53,099 bases of DNA from the IMG/VR virus record IMGVR_UViG_3300028361_000502, positions 1-53,099 of that record, one strand, 5' to 3'. Within the stretch, counting starts at the first letter, position 1, and each line of letters opens with the position of its first letter. Below are positions 43,974-53,064 of the stretch, piece after piece. This DNA is from a virus (lineage: Duplodnaviria > Caudoviricetes). Made by a program: the position numbers and the translations under genes. The notes under the pieces are model-generated. The model did no database searches and had not been told where the DNA came from. It saw only the letters and a program-made list of their open reading frames with translations.

Positions 43974-44396
43974 TCAATTGTCAAATATAAAACTGTCAAT
44001 TCTATTGCGTATTCTAGTAGTTTCTTCTAGAGCTAGTTCTAGTCTGACTTTTCTAACTTCTCTACTAGATTTGTCACTTGAATTTTTGATCACGTTGCGA
44101 TAAAATATTGCGTCGTTGTGGTGCTTGTTTAGATCTCTATCGTATAGCATAACCTGTTTAGTTACATTCTTGCCCTGTGCTAGACTCTTAGCTATGGCCA
44201 CTGCGCTGCTTTTGAACTGTGTCTTTGCTACTTGACTGTTGGCTTCGATGTCATAAATCAAATAGCCTTTTGAACTTTCGCGAATCACATGATTCTTAAT
44301 TCTTACGCTGCGTCCTTTGACCCAAGGCATAGCACCATCTTCGAGTCCGCGATTAACTATATCTTCTAGTTCTTTTATTAGAGTATTAGTAATCAT
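43974..44396 (-). CDS. Hypothetical protein
   Basis: 140 aa ORF in a coupled cluster. Confidence 0.7.
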   Translation of the reverse strand: MITNTLIKELEDIVNRGLEDGAMPWVKGRSVRIKNHVIRESSKGYLIYDIEANSQVAKTQFKSSAVAIAKSLAQGKNVTKQVMLYDRDLNKHHNDAIFYRNVIKNSSDKSSREVRKVRLELALEETTRIRNRIDSFIFDN

Positions 44397-44589
44397 TTGT
44401 CATCACCATAATTTGATTGTTGTACATCACTTTAGTTAGCACGCTTTTACGAATTAGATTATCAATAATGACTTGTTCCCTTTCTTGGAATTTATTTAGA
44501 GGGGTAAGCCCATTAACTGTTTCTAAAAGAGATTTTTCCTCGTTGGTAAGGTAAATCGTAAAATCTGTTATGAGCTCATTTAGTTTCAT
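44386..44589 (-). CDS. Hypothetical protein (MKLNEL start)
   Basis: 67 aa; ATGA overlap. Confidence 0.7.
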   Translation of the reverse strand: MKLNELITDFTIYLTNEEKSLLETVNGLTPLNKFQEREQVIIDNLIRKSVLTKVMYNNQIMVMTNDY

Positions 44590-44822
44590 TGTTGCTTGAC
44601 CATTACCTTGTCGCCGGGCTTGATGCCTCGATCAACAGTGCCTTTAGTAGTTTGGTCAAGTGTTAGGTTGCCACGATCATCTTTGCTGATCGCTCCTGGC
44701 TTGGTTGGATCTTTGGGAACTATGGTTTTAACTTTGGACTTGGGATCCACCAGTACAGTTTCCTGGTCATCGTCCTTTTCAATCTGTAGAACCTGCTGGC
44801 CCATTACTTCATATATTTTCAT
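44586..44822 (-). CDS. Hypothetical protein (MKIYEV start)
   Basis: 78 aa; ATGA overlap. Confidence 0.7.
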   Translation of the reverse strand: MKIYEVMGQQVLQIEKDDDQETVLVDPKSKVKTIVPKDPTKPGAISKDDRGNLTLDQTTKGTVDRGIKPGDKVMVKQQ

Positions 44823-45151
44823 ATTCTTTTTCCTGTACCTTTGCGCTTTGTTGGTCTAATTGATCTGCGGCCCACGTTTAATCTTTTTAGTTTTTGTGTT
44901 GTAGGTGATGTTCTCACAGTTCTTGAACGCTTGATGTCTGTGGTTTTTCCTTTTGCCCTGCGTGTCCTTTTTAGTGTGTTGCTGGCCTTCATGTTCTTGG
45001 GTGCGTTACAGGTAGCAGCTTTGGCAACTACACGTCCTTTTCTCGGGCCAGTGGTACAGCGATACTTGCGCACTGTGTGACCTTTGGTACCTCCGCCTTT
45101 GCCATGTCCAAATACAGTTGTAACACCTTCTATCAGTTCACGCAACCACAT
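44819..45151 (-). CDS. Highly basic protein, paralog A
   Basis: VRKYRCTTGPRKGRVVAKAATCNAP. Confidence 0.75.
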   Translation of the reverse strand: MWLRELIEGVTTVFGHGKGGGTKGHTVRKYRCTTGPRKGRVVAKAATCNAPKNMKASNTLKRTRRAKGKTTDIKRSRTVRTSPTTQKLKRLNVGRRSIRPTKRKGTGKRI

Positions 45152-45441
45152 TATCGTTTCCTCGCAGCACGGTTCATTGATTGAACACGACGACTGGCTG
45201 GATTTAATCTTTTGGTACGCTTGGCTTTCTTTGCCAATCGTTTGCCCAGTCTAGATTTAGTTCGTTTCAGTGTGACACGTTTTTTAATATCAGGCGCTGC
45301 GAAGCACTGTGCTATTTTAGCCACTATGCGTCCGCTTCTAGGGCCTGAAGAGCAGCGATACTTGCGCACCACCTTCTTGCCTGAGCGAGCCCAGGTCTGG
45401 CCTTCTTGTATAGGTTCAATAAAAAGATCACGTAATAACAT
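45151..45441 (-). CDS. Highly basic protein, paralog B
   Basis: VRKYRCSSGPRSGRIVAKIAQCFAA; start moved to MLLRDL, 5 nt after TAAATA. Confidence 0.75.
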   Translation of the reverse strand: MLLRDLFIEPIQEGQTWARSGKKVVRKYRCSSGPRSGRIVAKIAQCFAAPDIKKRVTLKRTKSRLGKRLAKKAKRTKRLNPASRRVQSMNRAARKR

Positions 45442-45461
45442 AAAGTTATTTATCGTGATTG

Positions 45462-45707
45462 TCAACTCATTAGTATTACTACGATTGTTGATAGTAGGCC
45501 AGCTATTACTGTGCCTGCTGTGCCTATCAGCACTTTGGTCATTGAGTTTTGACCAACTTTGATATCAGTATGTATTTCTTTAAGCGTAGTTTCTACGTTT
45601 GTAAGGCGATTGTCGAGGTTTACGTAGCGTAGAGCGCAGAGGTCTACGTGTGCTTCTAGGCTTTCTTTTTCTAAAGAAGTTATAGTTCTAAGTTCTGACA
45701 TCGACAT
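45462..45707 (-). CDS. Coiled-coil protein with a C-terminal TM
   Basis: LEAHVDLCALRY coiled coil and a hydrophobic C-terminus. Confidence 0.7.
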   Translation of the reverse strand: MSMSELRTITSLEKESLEAHVDLCALRYVNLDNRLTNVETTLKEIHTDIKVGQNSMTKVLIGTAGTVIAGLLSTIVVILMS

Positions 45708-45783
45708 CCTCTCTCGATTAAAGTAAACTCTGAGTTGGCCTTTAATAGTGTGTTAATCAATGCCTTGGATGCCTAATACAATT

Positions 45784-46179
45784 TTATTTATCATCTATTT
45801 CAAATTTTATGTTGGATTTATGTGGATTTTGGGTAAGAAAAACTGAATTATCAAACTGTACAGTTTCGTCAAGTTGGTCTATTATGGGTATGAGATTGAA
45901 GTCGCTGTTTAGTAGGTCAAGGTCCAGTGCAGATTCATATTCTATTTCAAAATCAAACTGCCAAACACGCTGTTTGTTTTTGTAGTCTTTGCCCAGTCCA
46001 AATTTCGCGGGTGAGTCTGTTGTGATCCGTGGTGACCTGTTGTAGGTTGGGTTTACTCTTAGACCTATGGTCTGTAGAACTGTTAGGAAGTTCTGTTGCT
46101 GTCTAGCAGCTTTGGGGTCGTCTCCACGACGAGCTCTTGTTTCTGTTATGTCAACCAGTGTGTATAATCTAAATCTCAT
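45784..46179 (-). CDS. Hypothetical phage protein
   Basis: TLVDITET, QQQNFLTVLQTIGLR; late promoter 4 nt upstream. Confidence 0.75.
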   Translation of the reverse strand: MRFRLYTLVDITETRARRGDDPKAARQQQNFLTVLQTIGLRVNPTYNRSPRITTDSPAKFGLGKDYKNKQRVWQFDFEIEYESALDLDLLNSDFNLIPIIDQLDETVQFDNSVFLTQNPHKSNIKFEIDDK

Positions 46180-46196
46180 ACAGTATTTAAAGTCAT

Positions 46197-46229
46197 AAAA
46201 AAAGCGCCACTTGAAAAGTGACGCTTTTT
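46197..46229. terminator. Intrinsic terminator, probably bidirectional
   Basis: AAAAAGCGCCACTT-gaa-AAGTGACGCTTTTT with A/T runs on both sides. Confidence 0.75.
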
Positions 46230-46247
46230 CTTAACTTATCTAAAAAA

Positions 46248-46628
46248 TTATAGACCTTCGAAAGTTGTTGGTTCTGTAACAGTTACAGTTCCGCCGCCAC
46301 CACAAGTATAAACACCTGTAGCAGTTAGCGAACCAGCTGCTGTATCTAGCTGACGACCTAAACGGATTGCGATAGTATCTAGTGACAGCGCATGGCTTTC
46401 ACCAACGATGAATACTTCTAGACCAGTGCTGATAACCTGAATCATCATACCAGTTGTACCGATTTCTTCAATAAACTGTTGTGCTGTTGCTGCTGTTAGT
46501 GCAACTGTATCATTTGCACCACTTAATACAACTTTGAATAGTGAAACTGCAAAGTTTCTTTGAATAGTTCCTAATGCTACTGGTGTTGGGTTTACACGAG
46601 CAAAATCTCTTGTTATTGCTGTTGCCAT
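46248..46628 (-). CDS. Probable abundant virion structural protein
   Basis: Ala/Thr/Gly rich; AAGGAG RBS; own late promoter and terminator. Confidence 0.6.
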   Translation of the reverse strand: MATAITRDFARVNPTPVALGTIQRNFAVSLFKVVLSGANDTVALTAATAQQFIEEIGTTGMMIQVISTGLEVFIVGESHALSLDTIAIRLGRQLDTAAGSLTATGVYTCGGGGTVTVTEPTTFEGL

Positions 46629-46716
46629 TTTATTTCTCCTTGATCTCTAAATGACCAGCCCATTACTCTATGGACTTTTATGTAATTATTTATCATCTAG
46701 ACAAAAAAGTTTATTG

Positions 46717-47583
46717 TTATCGCTTTTTTTTGGCTCTATCGTGTACTGCTCTGAGATTCTGTACATAAGCAGGGCCTGCCTGTACAATATCATCTATCAT
46801 TTCAATCACTGGCATATAGGCTTTGAGCATCTCAGCACTGACTGCGTTGCCGGCCTTGGCTTGATCTAGAAAGCGTTTGGTCAGTGCCATGTTCTTAGCA
46901 CCCACTAGATATCTATACAGTGCTATGTCTGCAGGCGAGGCTCTTATGTCAGGTGTTGAGATCTGTGGTTCTGGATCAAACACATCTGTCTTCTCTAGGT
47001 TCTTTACCGCAGCGAATTGTTCAAAGTCAGTGATAATATCACTTGATCTCAGTTTGGCACGAACTGCGAATATCAAACGTGTGACCAACAGCTTGCGTTC
47101 TTGTAGGTTAAGACCTGCAAAGTCGTTTAGGCCACGACGAATGTTTTTGTAGTCTGAGTTGGTAATTTTAAGACTGCTTTCAATTTCTACAAACAGTTTG
47201 GTAATCAGTGCAGGCTCTTTGTTCTGTGCTACACTGTTGATGTATCTGTTGATAGAGGCCACAGGCAGTCTTGTTTTCTTTTTAAGTTCTATCGCACTGT
47301 CAGGATCTTTGAGTTTGCGCTGCGCACTGTCGTTGCCCACGAGGAAGTAAACAAAATTGTAAAGGTCAGTGCCCATGATGCGGTAATATTTGTAAGATTC
47401 AAACCCAGCAGTCTTTTTACAGTATCTTTGTACTGGTAATCTAAACTGCGAGAACTGACGCATTGTTTCAAGAGCCAACAGAATCAAGTACATCCTTTCG
47501 CCGCAGTCAGTATAGGTCAAACGCTGACTGCTACCATTGTCCTTGGTCATTCTTGATTCATGTAGGTCTTTGATAAAGTCCAT
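46717..47583 (-). CDS. Hypothetical phage protein (probable virion)
   Basis: 288 aa; MDFIKDLHES start. Confidence 0.7.
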   Translation of the reverse strand: MDFIKDLHESRMTKDNGSSQRLTYTDCGERMYLILLALETMRQFSQFRLPVQRYCKKTAGFESYKYYRIMGTDLYNFVYFLVGNDSAQRKLKDPDSAIELKKKTRLPVASINRYINSVAQNKEPALITKLFVEIESSLKITNSDYKNIRRGLNDFAGLNLQERKLLVTRLIFAVRAKLRSSDIITDFEQFAAVKNLEKTDVFDPEPQISTPDIRASPADIALYRYLVGAKNMALTKRFLDQAKAGNAVSAEMLKAYMPVIEMIDDIVQAGPAYVQNLRAVHDRAKKKR

Positions 47584-47951
47584 TATTTTGCCAGTGCTAA
47601 CAGCTCTTTGAACCGATCCGGGGTCATTTCTGGCTCGTGATCTTTTGATTTTTTGTTAAAAGGAATTCCATCATCGTCAACACCTTTGTTTCTGATTCTA
47701 GTGTTGTGAACCATTTCGTCGTACACAGCTTTGATTGTTGAAAACTCGTTTGCACCCGAGCCCATTTTGTTTAGCAGCTCTGCTAGTCTTGATAGTTGAA
47801 CATAGTCTACATCGTTTAGCATTCCGCCGCCGCTGTCTGACATATCAATTCTACGCTTCAGTTTACGAGCCATATTACTTGCTGCTTTTTGCTGCTGTGT
47901 TAACTCGAAGTTGCTGCCAATATCTTTTTCTGTAATTTCATTTATTTTCAT
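47583..47951 (-). CDS. Hypothetical protein (MKINEITE start)
   Basis: 122 aa, coupled to both neighbours. Confidence 0.7.
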   Translation of the reverse strand: MKINEITEKDIGSNFELTQQQKAASNMARKLKRRIDMSDSGGGMLNDVDYVQLSRLAELLNKMGSGANEFSTIKAVYDEMVHNTRIRNKGVDDDGIPFNKKSKDHEPEMTPDRFKELLALAK

Positions 47952-48703
47952 CGCATATTTCCTAACAATTGTTTAATTCTATTTAGATGTTTATCAGCTA
48001 GACTTTCTGTTTTTACTAATTTAGTTTGAAACGTCTTGTCTTGTTCTAGATCCTGTAACAGTTCTTTACCACCATCGGGCAGTTTCGCTAGAATAGTTTC
48101 TACGCTGGCTAGGTCTTTACCTGTAGCGCCTTTGCCCAAAAGTGTTTGCGCTATCTTGTCCATGTCGTCTGTGTAGAACTTGCTCTTCTTGCCATCAGGG
48201 CCACGTGTCCATAGTCCTTCATAGGGGCTCCACAACAGGCCCTGCTTTTTGGCTAGGTTGGCCAGTGCTATCTGTTTGTGTACACCTTTGTAGGGCGATC
48301 CTTTGGGTATGTCGTGTATGTGAAACTTCTGTGCTATTTCTGCTTTGGGCACAGTCATGATGTCTACTTGTTGAGCACTGTCGCCTGCTGTGGTTCTAAC
48401 GTGTACGCTTACACCACTCTGCCCAGTTTGAAATCCTGCTTGATCAAACAGCGCTCTCAACTGTTTGCGCACTTCCTTAGCGTCAGGTGATTTAAAATGA
48501 TTTGCCAGTGCGTCAGCATCCACGATCATGTCAAGGTCGCCGCTCTGTTTGCCTGCTATTGGTGTAGCACCTGATCCTATGGGCAGAGCCTTGGCACCTA
48601 CCTTGGTCAACACACTGTTGACCTGTTTCATGATCTCAGGGATCTGACTGTGATCAAAAGGTTCCGCGTCAGAAAATACATTGCCGCCTTCACTTAGTAT
48701 CAT
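47948..48703 (-). CDS. Pol-beta superfamily nucleotidyltransferase-like protein
   Basis: IGSG...SGDLDMIVD and QVDIM catalytic pattern; MILSEGGN start. Confidence 0.7.
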   Translation of the reverse strand: MILSEGGNVFSDAEPFDHSQIPEIMKQVNSVLTKVGAKALPIGSGATPIAGKQSGDLDMIVDADALANHFKSPDAKEVRKQLRALFDQAGFQTGQSGVSVHVRTTAGDSAQQVDIMTVPKAEIAQKFHIHDIPKGSPYKGVHKQIALANLAKKQGLLWSPYEGLWTRGPDGKKSKFYTDDMDKIAQTLLGKGATGKDLASVETILAKLPDGGKELLQDLEQDKTFQTKLVKTESLADKHLNRIKQLLGNMR

Positions 48704-48953
48704 TTTTCTTAGCCTCGATTATCTTGCTAATTGAACGGCGAAACTTTCTAGGATCGCCACTCTTTATGCTGTTGAAAAAACGTCTTTCCAGTTCTGATGC
48801 TGTTTCTATGTCATACAAACTGTGTATTCTAGTTAGAAGGTTGATACTGCTTTCGATAATATTATTGGCAGTAGTATCTACAAAATGATCACTGTCACGC
48901 TTGCCGTGTACTGTGTTCAGTTCTTCTAAGATACTTCGAGTTTGTTTTTTCAT
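48690..48953 (-). CDS. Hypothetical phage protein
   Basis: TRSILEEL...NIIESSINL...ELERRFFNSIKSGDPRKF. Confidence 0.75.
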   Translation of the reverse strand: MKKQTRSILEELNTVHGKRDSDHFVDTTANNIIESSINLLTRIHSLYDIETASELERRFFNSIKSGDPRKFRRSISKIIEAKKNDTK

Positions 48954-48996
48954 ATCTATTATTCCTCAAAAGTATTTAGCGCAGCACAGTTGTAGA

Positions 48997-49749
48997 TTAT
49001 TCTTTTCGTATCTTGTGATTATAGTCGGCAGCTTGTTTGATTAGACTTAGATCCACTCCTGCCAGGTCACCAGTGTGAACTATGGCTGCGGTGTCTTTGG
49101 GAAAGCAGTGTCCGCCGTAGCCTCTTGCCTCAGTGACTTCTGTGTGGCTGTGACCTATCCTAGAGTCCTCAGCAATCATATGTTTGACCGCGGCATAGTC
49201 AACACCAGTGCTCTCACATAGATCATACACTTGATTGAAGAACGCAACTTTGGTTGCTAGGAAACTGTTGCGAAAGTATTTGGCCAGTATCAGTTCTTCT
49301 GGCTCTGCTATCTGTGTAATAAAATTAGGGTCATTGAATGCTACACGGAATACACTGTGCCAGAAGCCTACCTCATCGCCGCCCATGTACACATGTCTAG
49401 TAGATAGAAAGTCTTCAACAGCACTGGCTGCTCTTAAAAATTCTGGACTAAAGGCCAGACGATGCTGGGGGTACTGTTTTTGTATAGCACGCCAACCTTC
49501 TACGCTAACAGTGCTTTTAATTAAGATAGGAACGTGGTCTGACACTAGCCCTATTACTTCTGCTATGTTATCAAAGTTACATGAACCATTTTGGTGTGCT
49601 GGAGTACTTACACAGATAATTATGCCCTGTGGCGTACCAAAGTCTGTGTGGCCTTTTGCAGGATCATACACAGTTACATCAAACGTGTCTTTGAGTGCTG
49701 CTTGGTGTGCTTGTCCTACAAATCCGTAGCCGGCTATGAGTATGTTCAT
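48997..49749 (-). CDS. UDP-glucose/GDP-mannose dehydrogenase family, lacking the C-terminal domain
   Basis: GYGFVG Rossmann, ICVSTP, IKSTV, SPEFLR, KYFRNSFLATKV, GYGGHCFPKD. Confidence 0.9.
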   Translation of the reverse strand: MNILIAGYGFVGQAHQAALKDTFDVTVYDPAKGHTDFGTPQGIIICVSTPAHQNGSCNFDNIAEVIGLVSDHVPILIKSTVSVEGWRAIQKQYPQHRLAFSPEFLRAASAVEDFLSTRHVYMGGDEVGFWHSVFRVAFNDPNFITQIAEPEELILAKYFRNSFLATKVAFFNQVYDLCESTGVDYAAVKHMIAEDSRIGHSHTEVTEARGYGGHCFPKDTAAIVHTGDLAGVDLSLIKQAADYNHKIRKE

Positions 49750-49943
49750 TGTTTACCTTTTAGAAAATAATGTGTTATTATAGCAATAACTAAGATGCCT
49801 GTCAACACTAACCATATACTGATAGCACTGTCATTCAGTGTGTCTCTTATCCACGTCTTGCCCATTACAGTCTGAACTATAATTATTGCAGGAAATGTCA
49901 GCATATAAGCCACAAGAGGTGCTGTGAGTATTTTTATAATCAT
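49746..49943 (-). CDS. Small two-TM protein
   Basis: Start moved to MIIKILTAPL. Confidence 0.6.
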   Translation of the reverse strand: MIIKILTAPLVAYMLTFPAIIIVQTVMGKTWIRDTLNDSAISIWLVLTGILVIAIITHYFLKGKQ

Positions 49944-50103
49944 ACTGTACTTATGCTTAACCATTGGTAGGTATGCACAAATCCGCACGGTGGTATGCAC
50001 TAAAAACGGACAATTTTTGTTGATTTTGCATCTGCATTGTGTTAAATATATAGGTAATGCTGCGGTGCAGCGTTATCACACATATATAGATAGGATAAGA
50101 AAG

Positions 50104-50319
50104 ATGACAACTATGGTTGTAAATGCGTTTAACTGGGACGGCTTTTCCAGTTGGTTTAAGAATTACAGACAAAAGCTAGCTCAGAAGAGAACCTACAGAA
50201 ATACACTAAAAGAACTTAGTCAACTGTCAGACAGAGAACTGTGGGATATTGGTATCAACCGCGGCATGATTCACAGCGTTGCTATGGAAACTTATTTTGA
50301 CAACAGAGGTACAGCATGA
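50104..50319 (+). CDS. DUF1127 (YjiS-like) small protein
   Basis: RTYRNTLKELSQLSDRELWDIGINR signature. Confidence 0.85.
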   Translation: MTTMVVNAFNWDGFSSWFKNYRQKLAQKRTYRNTLKELSQLSDRELWDIGINRGMIHSVAMETYFDNRGTA

Positions 50320-50441
50320 TGTGGAATCGTATCGTAAAGTTTTTCGAACGCATGGGTCGTGCTAGAGCGGCTGCGGAATTTGCTAGAATGGGTCGTCATG
50401 ACCTTGCGAAAAAAATCATGCTGGAAGATAGAACTGCGTAA
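50316..50441 (+). CDS. Small Arg/Ala-rich protein (41 aa, not in track)
   Basis: MMWNRIVKFFERMGRARAAAEFARMGRHDLAKKIMLEDRTA; GAGG RBS; ATGA overlap. Confidence 0.7.
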   Translation: MMWNRIVKFFERMGRARAAAEFARMGRHDLAKKIMLEDRTA

Positions 50442-50448
50442 TAAACAG

Positions 50449-50477
50449 TTGACAACACTAAATAATTTTGTTACAAT
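50449..50477 (+). promoter_or_regulatory. Sigma70-type promoter
   Basis: TTGACA-N17-TACAAT with TGn. Confidence 0.7.
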
Positions 50478-50510
50478 AGTAACACATTCACACACACAAG
50501 GAGACACACA

Positions 50511-50804
50511 ATGAATGACATGACCAAACAATTTGAACAGTTTGCAGAAATGATGAAGGCATCTATGCCACAGGTAAAGCCAAACAAGAACGGCTATGAG
50601 ATTAGAACCAAGGTTCTTGAAATGGCCAAAGACAATGTATGGCAGGATTACTTTGCCAAGTGGAATGCTTTTGAAACTTCAATTACCAAAGATGGCGACG
50701 AAGTTGTTACTACAGTAACAATGCCCGAAGTACCAGGTGCCGAAGCTGTACTAGAAGCCGCAGAGAAGTTTTATGCGTTCGTAAACGTGAACAAGTCTAA
50801 ATAA
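50511..50804 (+). CDS. Hypothetical phage protein
   Basis: NGYEIRTKVLEMAKD...VLEAAEKFYAFV; AAGGAG RBS. Confidence 0.8.
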   Translation: MNDMTKQFEQFAEMMKASMPQVKPNKNGYEIRTKVLEMAKDNVWQDYFAKWNAFETSITKDGDEVVTTVTMPEVPGAEAVLEAAEKFYAFVNVNKSK

Positions 50805-50862
50805 ATTATATAATTATTATTTTACTATGTCCAGGCATAGCCTGTTATTAATTAATCAAAAG

Positions 50863-50891
50863 AAGCCCCTCTAGTTAACGCTAGGGGGGTT
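50863..50891. terminator. Terminator hairpin between convergent genes
   Basis: GCCCCTCTAG...CTAGGGGGT inverted repeat. Confidence 0.65.
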
Positions 50892-50925
50892 AATCGTTTT
50901 TACACTTATCTTTCTTGAAGATTGC

Positions 50926-52776
50926 TTATTTCTTAAAATGCACATAGAGATCATTTACGGTGGTGCCAAGACTGGTAATACGAATCTGACTGGTTCCGCC
51001 ACGCTTGGTATTTTCAACTGCCTTGGCATCGGCGGCATTCTGATCTGATACACCGCTGTTAACTGCTAAGTCGTCGCCGGTAGCGTTGGTAAAGAATATA
51101 TAAATTTCCTTACCGGGAGTGATGTTTGTGTATGCAACGGTAACTGTTTCGCCTGTGATATTAGCGTGAACATACTTGTCTGTTGCCATATCAATTGTGA
51201 GGGTCTGTCCACTGCCAAACGATCCTGCTTGGCGTGTTGCCAATGTAGTATTGGTTGCCGCAATAGTACCATTGCTGTCACGAGCCACTACCTTGCTGGC
51301 TGTGTTGTTAGTGGTAGCATCAACTGCGAATGTGCGAGCAGTTGCTCCTGTGTAGGCTCCGGTAGCAGTAATATAACTGCCCGCACTCAGCGCCTCACTC
51401 ATAGCACCGTGTATGATTCCGCCTACCCACAAGTCTTTTGCTACGCCAGCGCCGCCTGATGTTTTAAAACTGCCTGTGATAGTTGATGTAGCATCAGTGT
51501 CGTTGGTAATCTGTGTAGGCGCCGCACTGGTGATCAACTGTGTGTCTTTGTCAATGGTGAATACAACTGCCTCGCCACTGTAGATTTTAACGCCACCGCC
51601 ACTGAGTTCAAAGTAATTGCTTACGTTGCTGAGTTCTAAGTCACCTAAGTAGATAGTAGACGCATCCATATATAAATTGTTAAACGGAGCCTCGGCACTG
51701 CCCAAGTTGCTGTTAGCATCTGCTGGTAATAGGTGATTAACCACTACACCATCGCTGGTAAACTCTGCGGCTGTGACTACATTGCCAAATGCTGCTGTGC
51801 CATTGGCTGTGACATCAACTACGATCTTACCGCCTTGATTAGTAGGACCTTGATCTTCGGTTGCTACAAATGATATCTTTGCTGGTCCAAATGTTTCAAA
51901 GGTTGAATCGGTCGCTGCTTGTCCAGCGATGCGGAAGAACACTTCACCGTCTAATACCTTCGTAGGACTAGCCACTGTGCCATTGTACCTACGCCCTACG
52001 ATAATAGGATAGTTGTTGTTGGCATCATGATACACTCTGTTGACCGTGCCGTTATTGCCAGTGGTGTGCAGGATAACCCCTGTTTGATCTGGTGGAAATG
52101 TGTCGCCTGACTCGTTGCCTATAATCTCAAACGCACCTGCTGCTGTATCTGCGTCAGGCACCAACATGCGAATCTTTCCTGTTGACAACACTGAGAACAC
52201 TGGCTCAACAGCCAATGCTCCCTCAACGTCTGTGATACCATCGGCCACAGCGTGAACATGCAATTCTCCCACAATCTTAACTGTGCCTGTACCGTTACTG
52301 GCAATAACCACGCTCTCATTCTCATTAACTGACGATAACACTGCCACTGTGCTGCTGTCTACATCAGACGCTGTGGTGGCAAAGAAATCTCCGAAACTGA
52401 AACTTAATCCTGCCGAATCAATAGTCAGTGTTCCGTCTGAAGCAATAACTATGCCCGGTCCAGCTTTGATGCCACCGATGGTTGTACTGGTACCTGGCAA
52501 CAAGCGTAGAGCATTGTCAGTTACAGTTAGAGATGGGCCGGTGTTGAGTCTTAAAAACTCTCCGTCCATATTAAATGCCTGCCCGGGACGTATGCTTCCT
52601 GCTGTGGCATCTGTGGCCACTGTGACTGGAATTGGGTTGCCACCTGGAGTAACACCGTCGCTGATCTTGATTTCTCTTGTAGCATCGTCGTAGAACAATC
52701 TACCTGTGTGTCCTACATAGTTTTCACCAGTTACAGGAGCACCGTTTCTGCTGAGAAAGAAGTCGTAAATGGCCAT
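50926..52776 (-). CDS. Tail fibre/virion structural protein
   Basis: YVGHTGRLFYD...ISDGVTPGG head; TIGGIKAG, GGAGVAKDLWVGG, VVARDSNG fibre motifs. Confidence 0.75.
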   Translation of the reverse strand: MAIYDFFLSRNGAPVTGENYVGHTGRLFYDDATREIKISDGVTPGGNPIPVTVATDATAGSIRPGQAFNMDGEFLRLNTGPSLTVTDNALRLLPGTSTTIGGIKAGPGIVIASDGTLTIDSAGLSFSFGDFFATTASDVDSSTVAVLSSVNENESVVIASNGTGTVKIVGELHVHAVADGITDVEGALAVEPVFSVLSTGKIRMLVPDADTAAGAFEIIGNESGDTFPPDQTGVILHTTGNNGTVNRVYHDANNNYPIIVGRRYNGTVASPTKVLDGEVFFRIAGQAATDSTFETFGPAKISFVATEDQGPTNQGGKIVVDVTANGTAAFGNVVTAAEFTSDGVVVNHLLPADANSNLGSAEAPFNNLYMDASTIYLGDLELSNVSNYFELSGGGVKIYSGEAVVFTIDKDTQLITSAAPTQITNDTDATSTITGSFKTSGGAGVAKDLWVGGIIHGAMSEALSAGSYITATGAYTGATARTFAVDATTNNTASKVVARDSNGTIAATNTTLATRQAGSFGSGQTLTIDMATDKYVHANITGETVTVAYTNITPGKEIYIFFTNATGDDLAVNSGVSDQNAADAKAVENTKRGGTSQIRITSLGTTVNDLYVHFKK

Positions 52777-52785
52777 TTTTAATCC

Positions 52786-53064
52786 TTAGTTGTCCAACGG
52801 TTCGTCGTCTGACATTTCTTGTTGCATAACACCAGCATTTTTCTTGATAGCATTCAACTGTTGATCATCATCGTCATATGCATTAGGCATACCTTCTGAT
52901 CGTTTCATCAGTTCTAGTTTAGCCTGTAGTGGCGGGATCATAACTTCGCCTTCGCCGTCTGGACCGGGGTCAACATCAACTGGCTTCATTTGTTGTGTTG
53001 AAGAACCAGACTCAATACTGTCTAGTTTGTCTGCCAATTGTCTTAATATGTCTGCCATTTTCAT
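52786..53064 (-). CDS. Hypothetical phage protein
   Basis: MIPPLQAKLELMK motif; start uncertain. Confidence 0.65.
   Translation of the reverse strand: MKMADILRQLADKLDSIESGSSTQQMKPVDVDPGPDGEGEVMIPPLQAKLELMKRSEGMPNAYDDDDQQLNAIKKNAGVMQQEMSDDEPLDN

Noticed and set aside
27-52693. Numerous plus-strand ORFs of 60-170 aa antisense to minus-strand genes
   Set aside because: No RBS or motifs; they are shadows of the real coding strand. Only 6743, 7427, 7708, 50104, 50316 and 50511 are accepted on plus
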